A stretch of DNA of 64,000 nucleotides, taken from NCBI RefSeq assembly GCF_028435265.1, contig NZ_JAGTJK010000012.1:102900-166899 (forward strand). The letters run 5' to 3'. Under the pieces are notes generated by a model. The model was given only the letters and a program-made list of their open reading frames with translations. It had not been told where the DNA came from and ran no database searches. The position numbers and the translations under genes were made by a program. The stretch comes from Polyangium jinanense (GTDB lineage Bacteria > Myxococcota_A > Polyangia > Polyangiales > Polyangiaceae). Each line of letters opens with the position of its first letter. Within the stretch, counting starts at the first letter, position 1. This document shows, piece by piece, positions 54,666-64,000 of the stretch.

Positions 54666-56203
54666 TCCATCAAAAAGCCCATCCGCGCAAAGCGCAGGAG
54701 CTTCTGCTCGGTGATCTCGGCGAACACCTCCGCATCCGTGCAGGGCGCGCCGTTCATCTCCACCGACACCACACAGCGACGCGCGTCCTCGAGCGCCGCC
54801 TCCGTGAGCGCCGAAGCGTCACGCGTCCCATCCATGCGCGCGAGGATCGCCCGATCGAACGTGTCGACCTGCACGCCCTCGTGCAGGAGCGTGGTGCAAA
54901 ACGGGCTGCCCACGCTCGCCTGATAACGCGCGAACGGGAAGACGCGCGGGCGCTCGGCGGGCGCCTGGGCCACGGGCTTTGGCGAGGCCCAGAGCCGGAT
55001 CGCGCCTTTCGTGTAGAGCCCGAGGAGGTTTCGCGCGAGCCGCGCCCGCGCCTCGCCCTCGAACGCCGCGAGCCCGAGCTTCTCGCCGGTTTGCCACGCG
55101 AGCGCGTCGAACGGGAGCCCGCCGGGCGTGTATTCGGAGAGCGTGACGAGCGCGGCCTTGAGCGTGGCCTGATCGGTGCCGATCGCCCCGCCTGGCCCGA
55201 TGAACGTTTCCTCCACGCCCTCGGCGAGGTTTGGCGCCGTGACCCCCGGCGCGAGCGGCGAGGCGAGCACGAGCGAAAAGATTCGATCGGCCGAGACGCG
55301 GGGCGAGAGCGGGGCGTCGTCGCGGCAAAGGACGGCGCGGCGAAAACACCGGAGCTCGAGGAGGTCGAGCGATTGCTGGAGGGAGACGAGGTCGCCACTG
55401 CCTGCCCGCGCCCGGACGGCCTCGTCGGCGGCGGGCCCGAGGCGCTCGGGAAACACGAGCGGCACGTGGGCGTCGGTGACGAACGCGAGCCCCGCGCCTT
55501 CCATGTCGCGGACGAAGTCGGCGAAATACTCGGCGTGGTTGTTCGGGGCGAGGTGCTCACCGATCAGGTAGTGGTCCGAGAGCTCGGCGAGGGTTTGCAG
55601 CTCGCTCGCGAGCCAGGCGCGCGTGGGATCGGAGCCTGTGGCCTCGGTGCCGAGGAAACGCAAAAAAGCGCGCGCCTTCGCGACGCGCTCGGCGGCGGAT
55701 CCTTCCGTGCCGACCTCACGCCGTAGCATGTCGCGGATCGCGCCGCGCAGGTGCCAGCCGGGCAAGGTATTGAAGCTGATGTAGGCGAGGCCGTGGGGCG
55801 CGAGGTGCCGGCGGACGACGCGGCGAATGGCTTCGCGGGCGTCGTCGGGGACCCACGAGTAGACGCCGTGGCAGACGATGTAATCGAAGGAGCCGGGTTC
55901 GTCCTCGAATTCGCGGATGTCGGCGAGGTGGAGGGCGAGGTTTGCGAGCCGGGCGCCCTCGGCGTGTTTTCGAGCGACGGCGAGCGAGTCTTCGGCGCGA
56001 TCGAGGGCGACGAAGCGGCTCTCGGGGAAGGCGGCGGCCATGGGAAGGACGTTGCCGCCGGTGGCGGTGCCGATCTCGAGGACGCGGCATCGAGCGGGCG
56101 GGGCGGGCCGGAGGCCAAAGAGGACGCCGATCGCGCCGAGGTGGTCGGGGTGCGTCTCGGCGAAGGGCAGGGCCTCGTAGAAATAATCCTCGTTCGCGTC
56201 GGC
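54662..56203 (-). CDS. Class I SAM-dependent methyltransferase with a C-terminal regulatory/unknown domain. Start uncertain (non-ATG)
   Basis: Motif I VLEIGTATGGN. Acidic motif ..FDYIVCHGV. The upstream part of the six-frame ORF is an antisense shadow of 56313-57233. Overlaps the LysM gene by 4 nt. Confidence 0.6.
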   Translation of the reverse strand, partial: ADANEDYFYEALPFAETHPDHLGAIGVLFGLRPAPPARCRVLEIGTATGGNVLPMAAAFPESRFVALDRAEDSLAVARKHAEGARLANLALHLADIREFEDEPGSFDYIVCHGVYSWVPDDAREAIRRVVRRHLAPHGLAYISFNTLPGWHLRGAIRDMLRREVGTEGSAAERVAKARAFLRFLGTEATGSDPTRAWLASELQTLAELSDHYLIGEHLAPNNHAEYFADFVRDMEGAGLAFVTDAHVPLVFPERLGPAADEAVRARAGSGDLVSLQQSLDLLELRCFRRAVLCRDDAPLSPRVSADRIFSLVLASPLAPGVTAPNLAEGVEETFIGPGGAIGTDQATLKAALVTLSEYTPGGLPFDALAWQTGEKLGLAAFEGEARARLARNLLGLYTKGAIRLWASPKPVAQAPAERPRVFPFARYQASVGSPFCTTLLHEGVQVDTFDRAILARMDGTRDASALTEAALEDARRCVVSVEMNGAPCTDAEVFAEITEQKLLRFARMGFLME

Positions 56204-56312
56204 CAAGCGCGTCCTCCGGAAGGGCCGCCACCTTGGCGGGATCGGGAGGCGGGCGCAAGTGTTTGCCTTGAAGGGCCTGCCTGCCCCATGCTGGGCGCGC
56301 GCCGGTGCGCGT

Positions 56313-57233
56313 ATGGATGGGCTCTCGTTGATTCTGGTCGCGGTGGTCTGCGCGCTCGCGCTCGTGATCGGAGTGCTTTTGCGATCACGAGGCGCGCTCG
56401 CGCGGGAGCTCGGGGCCGCGCGGGAAGAGGCGCGGGCGCTCGGGAAAGCCGCCGCCGAGGCGAAGCGGGCTCTGCCGCAGGCGGAGGCGGAAGCGGGAGC
56501 GGCGGCGGCAGCGGAGGCGGCGGCGGCAGCGGAGGCGGCGGCGGCAGCGGAGGCGCGCGCGAGATCCGCGGAGCTGGAAAGCGAGCTCCGGGAAGCGCGC
56601 GAGCGGTCCGAAGAGCTGTCCCGAGTGGTCGGGGAGGCGCGCAAGAGCGCCGAAGAGCTGTCCCGAGACGTCAGGGAGGCGCGCAAGAGCTCCGAAGTGC
56701 TGTCCCAAGAGGTCGGGGAGGCGCAAAAGAGGTCCGAAGAGCTGTCCCGCGACGTCGGGGAGGCTCGCAAGAGCTCCGAAGCGCTGTCCGGAGAGCTCCG
56801 GGAGGCGCGCGCAAGGGCCGAGGCGCTCGAACGTGAGCTCGCCGAGGCCCGCAGCAAGACCGATGACAGGGGAGGGGACCTCGCCGCCGCGATGCGCCGC
56901 ATCGAGGAGCTTTCGCGCGCCTATCGGCAAGCCGAGCAGGACGTCGAGGCCCTCTCGATACAAAAGGACGCCTTTGCCGCCGAGGTGCGCGCCCTCAGGG
57001 ACGAACTCGAGCGCCGCAAGAAGGCCGCGGAGGCCGCAGCCGCCGTCGAAGGAAAACCGCTCGCCGCGCCGCCGTCCCGGCAGCCAGCCAAGAAGCCGCC
57101 GCCGCCCGAGCCTATCACCGCGTTTTTCTGTCTCATTTGCGGGGAGGGGAGCTCGGGGGCAAAGCCGCACCGCTGCCTCGTCGAGGAGGCGGAGCTCGCG
57201 AAGAAGAAAGCTGCGGCGACAGTGAAGCGGTAG
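56313..57233 (+). CDS. Membrane-anchored coiled-coil protein with 5 tandem SEELSRDVGEARKS-type repeats and a C-terminal CxxC..C motif
   Basis: N-terminal TM (LSLILVAVVCALALVIGVLL). Repeat region. Pro-rich spacer. FFCLICGEG...HRCL. Confidence 0.55.
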   Translation: MDGLSLILVAVVCALALVIGVLLRSRGALARELGAAREEARALGKAAAEAKRALPQAEAEAGAAAAAEAAAAAEAAAAAEARARSAELESELREARERSEELSRVVGEARKSAEELSRDVREARKSSEVLSQEVGEAQKRSEELSRDVGEARKSSEALSGELREARARAEALERELAEARSKTDDRGGDLAAAMRRIEELSRAYRQAEQDVEALSIQKDAFAAEVRALRDELERRKKAAEAAAAVEGKPLAAPPSRQPAKKPPPPEPITAFFCLICGEGSSGAKPHRCLVEEAELAKKKAAATVKR

Positions 57234-57346
57234 GCGGCGGGGTGCGGCGCGTATCGCCTGGATCGGCCGCAACACTCTTGTAAGGAGGTCCTCGCTGCGG
57301 ATACGATGGGACCGCCCTCTCACCTTTTTATCAGGCAGGCAGCCCT

Positions 57347-60300
57347 ATGACGCGGCGGACCGGGTACTCCTTGCTGGGGCTCTTGATGGCGGCGATGACC
57401 ATCCTGAGCTGCACCACGATCCTCGGCATTGATACCGAGAGCGACGAGAACCCGTGCAGCGCCGGGGACCTGCCGCCGCTCGAGTGCGGCGTCGGCGCCT
57501 GCCGCACGATCCGGCCCGCGTGCGTGAACGGCCTGCCGATGACCTGTCCGCCCGTCGACTCCCAGGCCGACGAGATCTGCGACGGCATCGACAACAACTG
57601 CGACGGGCTCATCGACGAGGGGTGTCCCTGCATGGAAGGGGCGGTCCAGAGTTGTTATAGCGGCGCGCCCCTCACCCGGAACGTCGGTATCTGCGTCACC
57701 GGCATCCAGACCTGCACGAACGGCATCTGGCTCGATTGCACCGGCGAGGTGCTACCGGGCCTCGAGAACTGCGACGACAGCTTCGACAACGATTGCAACG
57801 GCAAGGTCAACGACAACTGCGCCTGCACCGAGGGGCAGACCCGCAAGTGTTACGGCGGCCCGCCGATCACGCAGGGCGTCGCGAACTGCAAGGAAGGTGA
57901 TCAGACCTGCCTGAACGGCTTCTGGGGCGACTGCAAGGCGGACGTCATCCCCGGCGGCGAGGTCTGCGACGGCGTCGACAACAACTGCGATGGCGCCATC
58001 GACGAGATTTCCGGCTGCGAGTGCTCCGGGGATCAGACGAAGGAGTGTTACACGGGCGACGACAAGTTCGTCGGCATCGGCGTCTGCAAGAAGGGGTATT
58101 ACCCCTGCAAGGGCGGCAAGTTCGACGAGACGAAGTGCCTGACCGAGGTGCTCCCCGGCGCCGAGGTCTGCAATGGCCTCGACGACGATTGCAACGGCCT
58201 GCCCGACGACGCGATGGGCCTCGGCCTCGATTGCACGACGAAGCTGCCCGGCATCTGCAAGTTCGGCAAGACGGATTGCGGCATCGACGAGGAGACGGGC
58301 AAGCCGGGCACGATCTGCACGCCCGACGTCAAGCCCTTCCAGAACCCCGAGCAGGGCTGCAACCTGGTCGACGACAACTGCGACGGCGTCATCGACGAGG
58401 GCGTCCTCTGCTGCCCGGAAGACGGCATTCAGAACGGCAGCGAGACCGACGTCAACTGCGGCGGCACCTGCGTGATCAAGTGCCCCGACGGCAAGAAGTG
58501 CAACACGGGCGACGACTGCGTCTCGCAGGTCTGCGTGAGCGGCATCTGCGTCGGCGACACGTGCGACGACGCGACGGAGAACGGCACGGAGACGGACGTC
58601 GATTGCGGCGGCTCCGCCTGCCCCGGCTGCCAGCCCACGAAGAACTGCGAGTACGGGTCCGACTGCCTCTCGAACGTGTGCGTCGGCGGCAAGTGCCAGG
58701 CGCCGACCTGCTTCGACGGCGTGGAGAACGGTAACGAGAGCGACAAGGACTGCGGCGACGCCTGCAAGCCTCTGCTCTGCGTCAACCTCCAGAATTGCAA
58801 CAGCGCGCTCGATTGCGTGAGCCTCTCCTGCAAGGACAAGGTCTGCCAGGCGGCGACCTGCGGCGACACCACGAAGAACGGCAGCGAGACGGACATCGAT
58901 TGCGGCGGTGGCCAGTGCCAGGGCTGCGGCACGGGGCAGGGCTGCAACGTCGGCGCCGATTGCAAGGAGAAGGTCTGCGGGGCGAACAAGACGTGCCTCG
59001 CGCCGACGTGCACCGACAGCGCGGCGAACGGGCAGGAGACGGACGTCAACTGCGGCGGCCCCGACTGCGTCGCCCGCTGCGACACGGGCCAGAAGTGCCT
59101 CGTGGCGACCGACTGCCAGAGCAAGATCTGCACGAACAACATCTGCGCCCCCTCGCAGTGCACGGACTTCGTGCAGAACGGGACCGAGACGGACGTCGAT
59201 TGCGGCGGCGGTTGTCCGGAGAAATGCGACCCGTCCGAGAAGTGCAAGACCAACGTCGACTGCAAGAGCGACGTCTGCACGGGCGGCATCTGCCTTTCGC
59301 CGACCTGCTCGGACAACAAGAAGAACGGCGCCGAGACGGACCTCGACTGCGGCGGCCCGTGCGTGCAGGAGCAGAAGAAGTGCTCGGACGGCAAGCAGTG
59401 CCAGTTCGCCGGCGACTGCCAGAGCGGCGTCTGCACGGGCGGCATCTGCGTGCCCGCGCAGTGCAACGATCAAACGAAGAACGGCAACGAGACGGACATC
59501 GACTGCGGCGGCGGCCTGCCCTGCCAGGCCTGTGACATCGGCAAGAATTGCCTGAACGCCATCGACTGCAAGACGAACATCTGCTCGGCCGGCAAGTGCG
59601 CGCCGAAGCCGATCGGCGAGTTCTGCCTCTCGGCGCTCGAGTGCGCGAGCGGCAACTGCGTCGACGGGTTCTGCTGCAACAGCTCCTGCGACGGCACCTG
59701 CTTCGCGTGCTCGGCCGCCAAGAAAGGCCAGGGCAACAACGGCTTCTGCCAGGCGATCGTCGGCAACGCCGATCCGGACAACGAGTGCGCGTCGGACAAC
59801 CCGAGCAGCTGCGGCAACACGGGCTTCTGCAACGGCGCCGGGGCGTGCGCGAAATACAGCAATAGCGTCGAGTGCGTGGTGGCGACGTGCAAGGACATCA
59901 CGACGGCGAAGCTGCCGCAGTTCTGCAACGGCAACGGCGCGTGCCTGACGAGCGCCGAGCAGTCGTGCGTGCCGTACACGTGCAGCGCCGGCCAGTGCAA
60001 CACGAGCTGCGCGATCGACGCGCAATGCGCGGGCGGGTACTACTGCAACAATAGCCAGTGCATTCCGAAGGGCACCATCAGTTCGTCGTGCCAGACGAAC
60101 AACCAGTGCGCGAGCGGCAACTGCGTCGACGGCGTCTGCTGCGACTCGGCCTGCACGGGCACCTGCTACGCGTGCTCGGCGGGCAAGAAGGGCCAGGGTA
60201 GCGACGGCATCTGCGGGCCGGTCGTGAACAACGGAGACCCCGACAACGAGTGCGCGACGACGTCGATCGCGAGCTGCGGGACGACGGGCGTCTGCGACGG

Positions 60301-63300
60301 CACGGGCAAATGCGCCCTGCACCCGAACGGCGCCCCCTGCGCCGCGGCGGAGTGCCTCAACGCGACGACCCTGAGCCCGAGCTCGACCTGCAACGGCTCC
60401 GGCACCTGCACGGCCACGTCGCAGATCTCGTGCGCGCCATACCTCTGCAAGAACAACGCGTGTTCGAGCACGTGCGTGGGCGACGTGGACTGCGCGACGG
60501 GCAACTACTGCCTGCTTTCGTCTTGCCAGGCGAAGAAGGCGGACGGCAACTCGTGCATTGGCAACAACGAGTGCGCGAACGGCAACTGCGTCGACGGCGT
60601 CTGCTGCAACAACGCGTGCACGGGCCTCTGCCAGGCCTGCTCGGCGGGCAAGAAGGGCAGCGGCGCGGACGGTACGTGCGGGCCGATCGCGAACGGCCAA
60701 GACCCCGACAACGATTGCATGGACGGCCAGTGCGCGGACAGCACCACGCTCAACGTGACGCAGGTCTGCAACGGCGCGGGTGCGTGCAAGGCCGGGGTCA
60801 CGGCGAGCTGCACGCCCTACGTGTGCGCGCCGGGCGTCTCCTGCCCGACGACGTGCACGAGCGACGCAAACTGCGCGTCGACGCATTATTGCAACGCCTC
60901 GAACCAGTGCGTCTCGAAGAAGGCGACGGGACAGACCTGCACGAACCCGACCGGCAACGAGTGCACGAGCGGCAACTGCGTCGACGGCTATTGCTGCAAT
61001 GAGGCGTGCGCGGGGACGTGCCGGGCGTGCTCGATCGCGGCGGGCGCGGCGACGAACGGCTCCTGCGCGAACATCCAGAACGGCGGCACGGACGCGAACC
61101 CGGTCTGCGGCGGGCTCAACACGTGCGACGGCGGGGGCGTCTGCAAGAAGGCGCTCGGTCAGGCGTGCGGCGTGGGGAGCGATTGCTCGAGCGGTTTCTG
61201 CGCGGACGGCGTCTGCTGCAACGAGGCGTGCGGCGGGACGTGCCGGGCCTGCACGCTGGCGAAGAAGGGCGCCGGGACCGACGGGCAATGCGGCAACATC
61301 GCGTCGGGCAGCACGGATGACGCGCCCGTTTGCGGCGGCGCGAACGTGTGCGACGGGACCGGCGCGTGCAAGAAGAAGATGGGCGAGGCTTGCGTCGTCG
61401 GGACGGAGTGCGTGAGCGGCTCCTGCGTCGACGGCGTTTGCTGCAGCTCGGGGTCGTGCTCGACGTGCCAGACCTGCAACAAGAACATCATGACCGCCGG
61501 CACGTGCCAGAACATCAACGCCGGCACGACGGACAACAACCCCGTCGGCGCCTGCACCGGCACGAACACCTGCGACGGGAGCGGGACCTGCAAGAAGAAC
61601 GACGGGCAGGTCTGCGGGAACGCCAGCGAATGCCTGAGCGGCAACTGCGTGGACGGGGTCTGCTGCAACGGCACGTGCACCGGTGAATGCCAGGCGTGCT
61701 CGGTGGCGGCGGGCGCCGCGACGAACGGCGTTTGCGGCAACATCACGTCGGGCCAGCCCGACAATTACCCCGCGAACACGTGCGCCGCGCCGAAAGCCTG
61801 CGACGGCGGCGGGGTGTGCAAGAGCGCGAATGGCATCGTGTGCGCGACGGGCAGCGACTGCGTCACCGGCAACTGCGTGGACGGGGTCTGCTGCGACACC
61901 TCGTGCACCGGCGTCTGCAAGGCGTGCTCGGTGGCGAAAGGCGCCGCGGCGAACGGCGTCTGCGGGAACATCGCGCCGGGCAGCACGGACGACGCGCCCG
62001 TCTGCGGTGGCTCGAACGTCTGCAACGGCAGCGGCGCGTGCCTGAAGACGAAGGGCGAGGTGTGCTCGACGGCCTCCGAGTGCGCGAGCGGCGCGTGCGT
62101 CGACGGGGTTTGCTGCACGGCGATGGCCTGCGGGTCGTGCCAGACCTGCAACAAGAACATCATGCTCGCCGGCACCTGCACGAACATCGACAGCGGTCAG
62201 CCGGACAATTTCCCGGCGGGCAACTGCACGGGGACGAACGTGTGCGACGGCGCCGGCGTGTGCAAGGAGCTGAACGGCAGCGCGTGCTCCACGGCCGGCG
62301 AGTGCTTCAGCGGCAACTGCATCGACGGGTTCTGCTGCGACTCCGCGTGCAACGGCACCTGCCGGACGTGCGCGGCGGCATCGGGCGCGCCGGCAAACGG
62401 CACGTGCGGCAACGTCACGTCGGGCACGCAGGACACGGTCCCGGCGAACGCCTGCACCGGGACGAACGTGTGCGACGGTACGGGCACATGCAAGAAGTCG
62501 AACGGCGCGGTGTGCGGCGCGGGGAACGAATGCCTGAGCGGCAACTGCGTGGACGGGGTCTGTTGCAACAGCACGTGCACGAGCACCTGTCAGGCGTGCT
62601 CGGCGGCGGCGAAGGGGCAAGGCTCGGACGGCACGTGCGGCAACATCGTGTCGGGCATGCAGGACAACGTCGCGGCGAGCACCTGCGTCGGGATGAACGC
62701 GTGCAACGGCTCGGGCGTCTGCAAGGAGACGAATGGCTCGGCGTGCTCGACGACCGGCGAATGTTTGAGCAACTTCTGCGCGGACGGGGTCTGCTGCAAC
62801 GCGGCATGCACGGGCACCTGTGATGCCTGTTCGATCGCGGCCGGCGGGACCACGGACGGCACGTGCGGCGACATGATCCCCGGCCTGGAGGACACGAACG
62901 CGACGACTGTCTGCAGCGGCGCGAACGCGTGCGGGCCGAGCGGCACGTGCGTCAACAACAAGAAGGAAAATGGCCAGTCTTGCACCATGGCGAACGACTG
63001 CGCCTCGGGGCAATGCGTCGAGGGGGTCTGCTGCAACTCGGCGTGCACTGGCACGTGCCAGTCGTGCAGCGTGACGGGCAATGTCGGTATGTGCTCGCCG
63101 ATCCCGGCAGGACAGCCGGACAACGTGCCAGCGAACACGTGCACGGGGACGAGCGCCTGCGACGGCGCGGGCACCTGTGAAAAGGCCAATGGCCAGACCT
63201 GCTCGACGCCCGACGAATGCGGCAGCGGCAATTGCGTGGACAACGTCTGCTGCAACTCGTCGTGCAACGGGGTCTGCCAGGCGTGCAATACCGCCGGAAA

Positions 63301-63625
63301 CCCGGGCGTGTGCTCGCCCGTCCCCGTGGGCACGTCCGATTCGCTCTGCCCCACGGGCCAGGGCTGCGACGGCGCGGGCGGCTGCAAGAAGCTGAACGGG
63401 CAGGCGTGCGCCAGTGCAGCGGAGTGCAACAGCGGCCACTGCGTGGACGGCGTCTGCTGCAACGGCGCCTGCTCGGGTGTCTGTGAGGCTTGCTCGGCGG
63501 CGGCGAAGGGCAGCGGGGGCAACGGGACCTGTCAACCGATCACCTCGGGTAAGTACGACGACTTCCCGGCGAACACCTGCGTCGCCCCGAGCGCCTGCAA
63601 CGGCGCCGGCGTCTGCTCCCCGTGA
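57347..63625 (+). CDS. Giant Cys-rich repeat lipoprotein (2092 aa). N-terminal MopE-like DxDNNCDGxIDE motifs, then ~11 TDVDCGG-type ~38-aa repeats, then ~26 Dickkopf-N-like ~50-aa repeats (GNCVDGVCCNxxCxGxCxACSxAxxG..)
   Basis: Lipoprotein signal (MAAMTILSCTT). Extreme Cys periodicity visible by direct translation. Single uninterrupted ORF. Confidence 0.8.
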   Translation: MTRRTGYSLLGLLMAAMTILSCTTILGIDTESDENPCSAGDLPPLECGVGACRTIRPACVNGLPMTCPPVDSQADEICDGIDNNCDGLIDEGCPCMEGAVQSCYSGAPLTRNVGICVTGIQTCTNGIWLDCTGEVLPGLENCDDSFDNDCNGKVNDNCACTEGQTRKCYGGPPITQGVANCKEGDQTCLNGFWGDCKADVIPGGEVCDGVDNNCDGAIDEISGCECSGDQTKECYTGDDKFVGIGVCKKGYYPCKGGKFDETKCLTEVLPGAEVCNGLDDDCNGLPDDAMGLGLDCTTKLPGICKFGKTDCGIDEETGKPGTICTPDVKPFQNPEQGCNLVDDNCDGVIDEGVLCCPEDGIQNGSETDVNCGGTCVIKCPDGKKCNTGDDCVSQVCVSGICVGDTCDDATENGTETDVDCGGSACPGCQPTKNCEYGSDCLSNVCVGGKCQAPTCFDGVENGNESDKDCGDACKPLLCVNLQNCNSALDCVSLSCKDKVCQAATCGDTTKNGSETDIDCGGGQCQGCGTGQGCNVGADCKEKVCGANKTCLAPTCTDSAANGQETDVNCGGPDCVARCDTGQKCLVATDCQSKICTNNICAPSQCTDFVQNGTETDVDCGGGCPEKCDPSEKCKTNVDCKSDVCTGGICLSPTCSDNKKNGAETDLDCGGPCVQEQKKCSDGKQCQFAGDCQSGVCTGGICVPAQCNDQTKNGNETDIDCGGGLPCQACDIGKNCLNAIDCKTNICSAGKCAPKPIGEFCLSALECASGNCVDGFCCNSSCDGTCFACSAAKKGQGNNGFCQAIVGNADPDNECASDNPSSCGNTGFCNGAGACAKYSNSVECVVATCKDITTAKLPQFCNGNGACLTSAEQSCVPYTCSAGQCNTSCAIDAQCAGGYYCNNSQCIPKGTISSSCQTNNQCASGNCVDGVCCDSACTGTCYACSAGKKGQGSDGICGPVVNNGDPDNECATTSIASCGTTGVCDGTGKCALHPNGAPCAAAECLNATTLSPSSTCNGSGTCTATSQISCAPYLCKNNACSSTCVGDVDCATGNYCLLSSCQAKKADGNSCIGNNECANGNCVDGVCCNNACTGLCQACSAGKKGSGADGTCGPIANGQDPDNDCMDGQCADSTTLNVTQVCNGAGACKAGVTASCTPYVCAPGVSCPTTCTSDANCASTHYCNASNQCVSKKATGQTCTNPTGNECTSGNCVDGYCCNEACAGTCRACSIAAGAATNGSCANIQNGGTDANPVCGGLNTCDGGGVCKKALGQACGVGSDCSSGFCADGVCCNEACGGTCRACTLAKKGAGTDGQCGNIASGSTDDAPVCGGANVCDGTGACKKKMGEACVVGTECVSGSCVDGVCCSSGSCSTCQTCNKNIMTAGTCQNINAGTTDNNPVGACTGTNTCDGSGTCKKNDGQVCGNASECLSGNCVDGVCCNGTCTGECQACSVAAGAATNGVCGNITSGQPDNYPANTCAAPKACDGGGVCKSANGIVCATGSDCVTGNCVDGVCCDTSCTGVCKACSVAKGAAANGVCGNIAPGSTDDAPVCGGSNVCNGSGACLKTKGEVCSTASECASGACVDGVCCTAMACGSCQTCNKNIMLAGTCTNIDSGQPDNFPAGNCTGTNVCDGAGVCKELNGSACSTAGECFSGNCIDGFCCDSACNGTCRTCAAASGAPANGTCGNVTSGTQDTVPANACTGTNVCDGTGTCKKSNGAVCGAGNECLSGNCVDGVCCNSTCTSTCQACSAAAKGQGSDGTCGNIVSGMQDNVAASTCVGMNACNGSGVCKETNGSACSTTGECLSNFCADGVCCNAACTGTCDACSIAAGGTTDGTCGDMIPGLEDTNATTVCSGANACGPSGTCVNNKKENGQSCTMANDCASGQCVEGVCCNSACTGTCQSCSVTGNVGMCSPIPAGQPDNVPANTCTGTSACDGAGTCEKANGQTCSTPDECGSGNCVDNVCCNSSCNGVCQACNTAGNPGVCSPVPVGTSDSLCPTGQGCDGAGGCKKLNGQACASAAECNSGHCVDGVCCNGACSGVCEACSAAAKGSGGNGTCQPITSGKYDDFPANTCVAPSACNGAGVCSP

Positions 63626-63715
63626 AATGGCAGCGGCCCGGCTCCCTTCGCGGGGGCCGGGCCGGCAGAAGGCGGGCGCCGCAAGGGCGTCCGCGGTGCT
63701 TCGAGGGACGACCGA

Positions 63716-64000
63716 TCAGAACTTCGCGCGGAACGACGCGATCATGCGCATCCCCTCGGTACGCGTCGACTCCGGCGCGCTCTTCTCGAACAGATAAAAG
63801 ACGAAGGTCTTCTCCTCGCGTCCCGCGTCGACGACGGCATACTGGAAGCCCGCTTCGCCCATGGCGATGCGGCATGCGCCGTCGCTCGCCTTCGCCTCGA
63901 GCTGCCCCTCACCCACGCGAATCGAGCGTTCCTCGGCGAGACGCACCTCGGTCGCGCCGAACACGGCGAGCGCGGCGTCGCGCTTGCCGGCCAGGGTGTC
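63716..64000 (-). CDS. Partial ORF running off the window edge, hypothetical
   Basis: An open frame continues to position 64000. There is no family assignment and the true start lies outside the window. Confidence 0.25.
   Translation of the reverse strand, partial: DTLAGKRDAALAVFGATEVRLAEERSIRVGEGQLEAKASDGACRIAMGEAGFQYAVVDAGREEKTFVFYLFEKSAPESTRTEGMRMIASFRAKF

Noticed and set aside
54662-56902. Full 746-aa minus-strand ORF as one methyltransferase protein
   Set aside because: The N-terminal ~230 codons are a Ser/Ala-rich antisense image of the coiled-coil gene's repeats. Only the region downstream of ~56203 has methyltransferase features.
57752-63535. 1927-aa minus-strand ORF antisense to the Cys-rich giant gene
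   Set aside because: Ala/Arg/Val-rich mirror frame. The Cys periodicity exists only on the plus strand.

Overview
This is a high-GC (~70%) myxobacterial chromosomal window. The evidence for that is a MYXO-CTERM sorting signal, a large set of lipoproteins and giant TPR / Cys-rich repeat proteins. Features run left to right as follows. (1) 1-4.5 kb: a secreted HAD-family lipoprotein. Next to it is a mosaic of near-identical segmental duplications (99% copies of 527 bp and 218 bp) plus a lower-GC islet encoding a small lipoprotein. This is followed by a lipoprotein FGE-sulfatase (SUMF1-like) gene. (2) 4.3-15.3 kb, minus strand: two translationally coupled giant TPR/helical-repeat proteins (~1678 and 1609 aa), a PHA-system family protein and a PpiC-type PPIase. 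(3) 15.5-23.7 kb: a zinc-ribbon/TPR protein with internal tandem repeats, and a 1235-aa MYXO-CTERM surface protein with about 13 blade-like repeats. (4) 23.8-26.6 kb: a lipoprotein polymorphic toxin with a C-terminal WHH-type HNH nuclease domain, immediately followed by a SUKH/Smi1-Knr4 immunity gene and a membrane protein. This arrangement is SitA/SitI-like. (5) 26.6-26.9 kb: a non-coding 43-bp tandem repeat array. (6) 27.0-48.5 kb: a compact type VI secretion system. It encodes tssJ-K-L-M-A-B-C-hcp-E-F-G on the plus strand and vgrG, a MORN/YwqK-like protein and a DUF4280 PAAR-like protein on the minus strand. No clpV/tssH is present. An unusual 1225-aa all-helical repeat protein sits in-operon after tssG. 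(7) 48.5-54.7 kb: a 1295-aa multi-domain peptidoglycan hydrolase (lysozyme-like + M23-like + PG-binding + M15-like). It is flanked by two proteins that share a ~55-aa repeat, one of which also has LysM and PG-binding domains. This is a candidate T6SS cargo or predatory lysin. (8) 54.7-63.6 kb: a SAM-methyltransferase, a coiled-coil membrane protein and a 2092-aa Cys-rich (MopE-like + Dickkopf-like repeat) lipoprotein. Many long Arg-rich ORFs in the six-frame track are shadow frames of high-GC genes and were not called.
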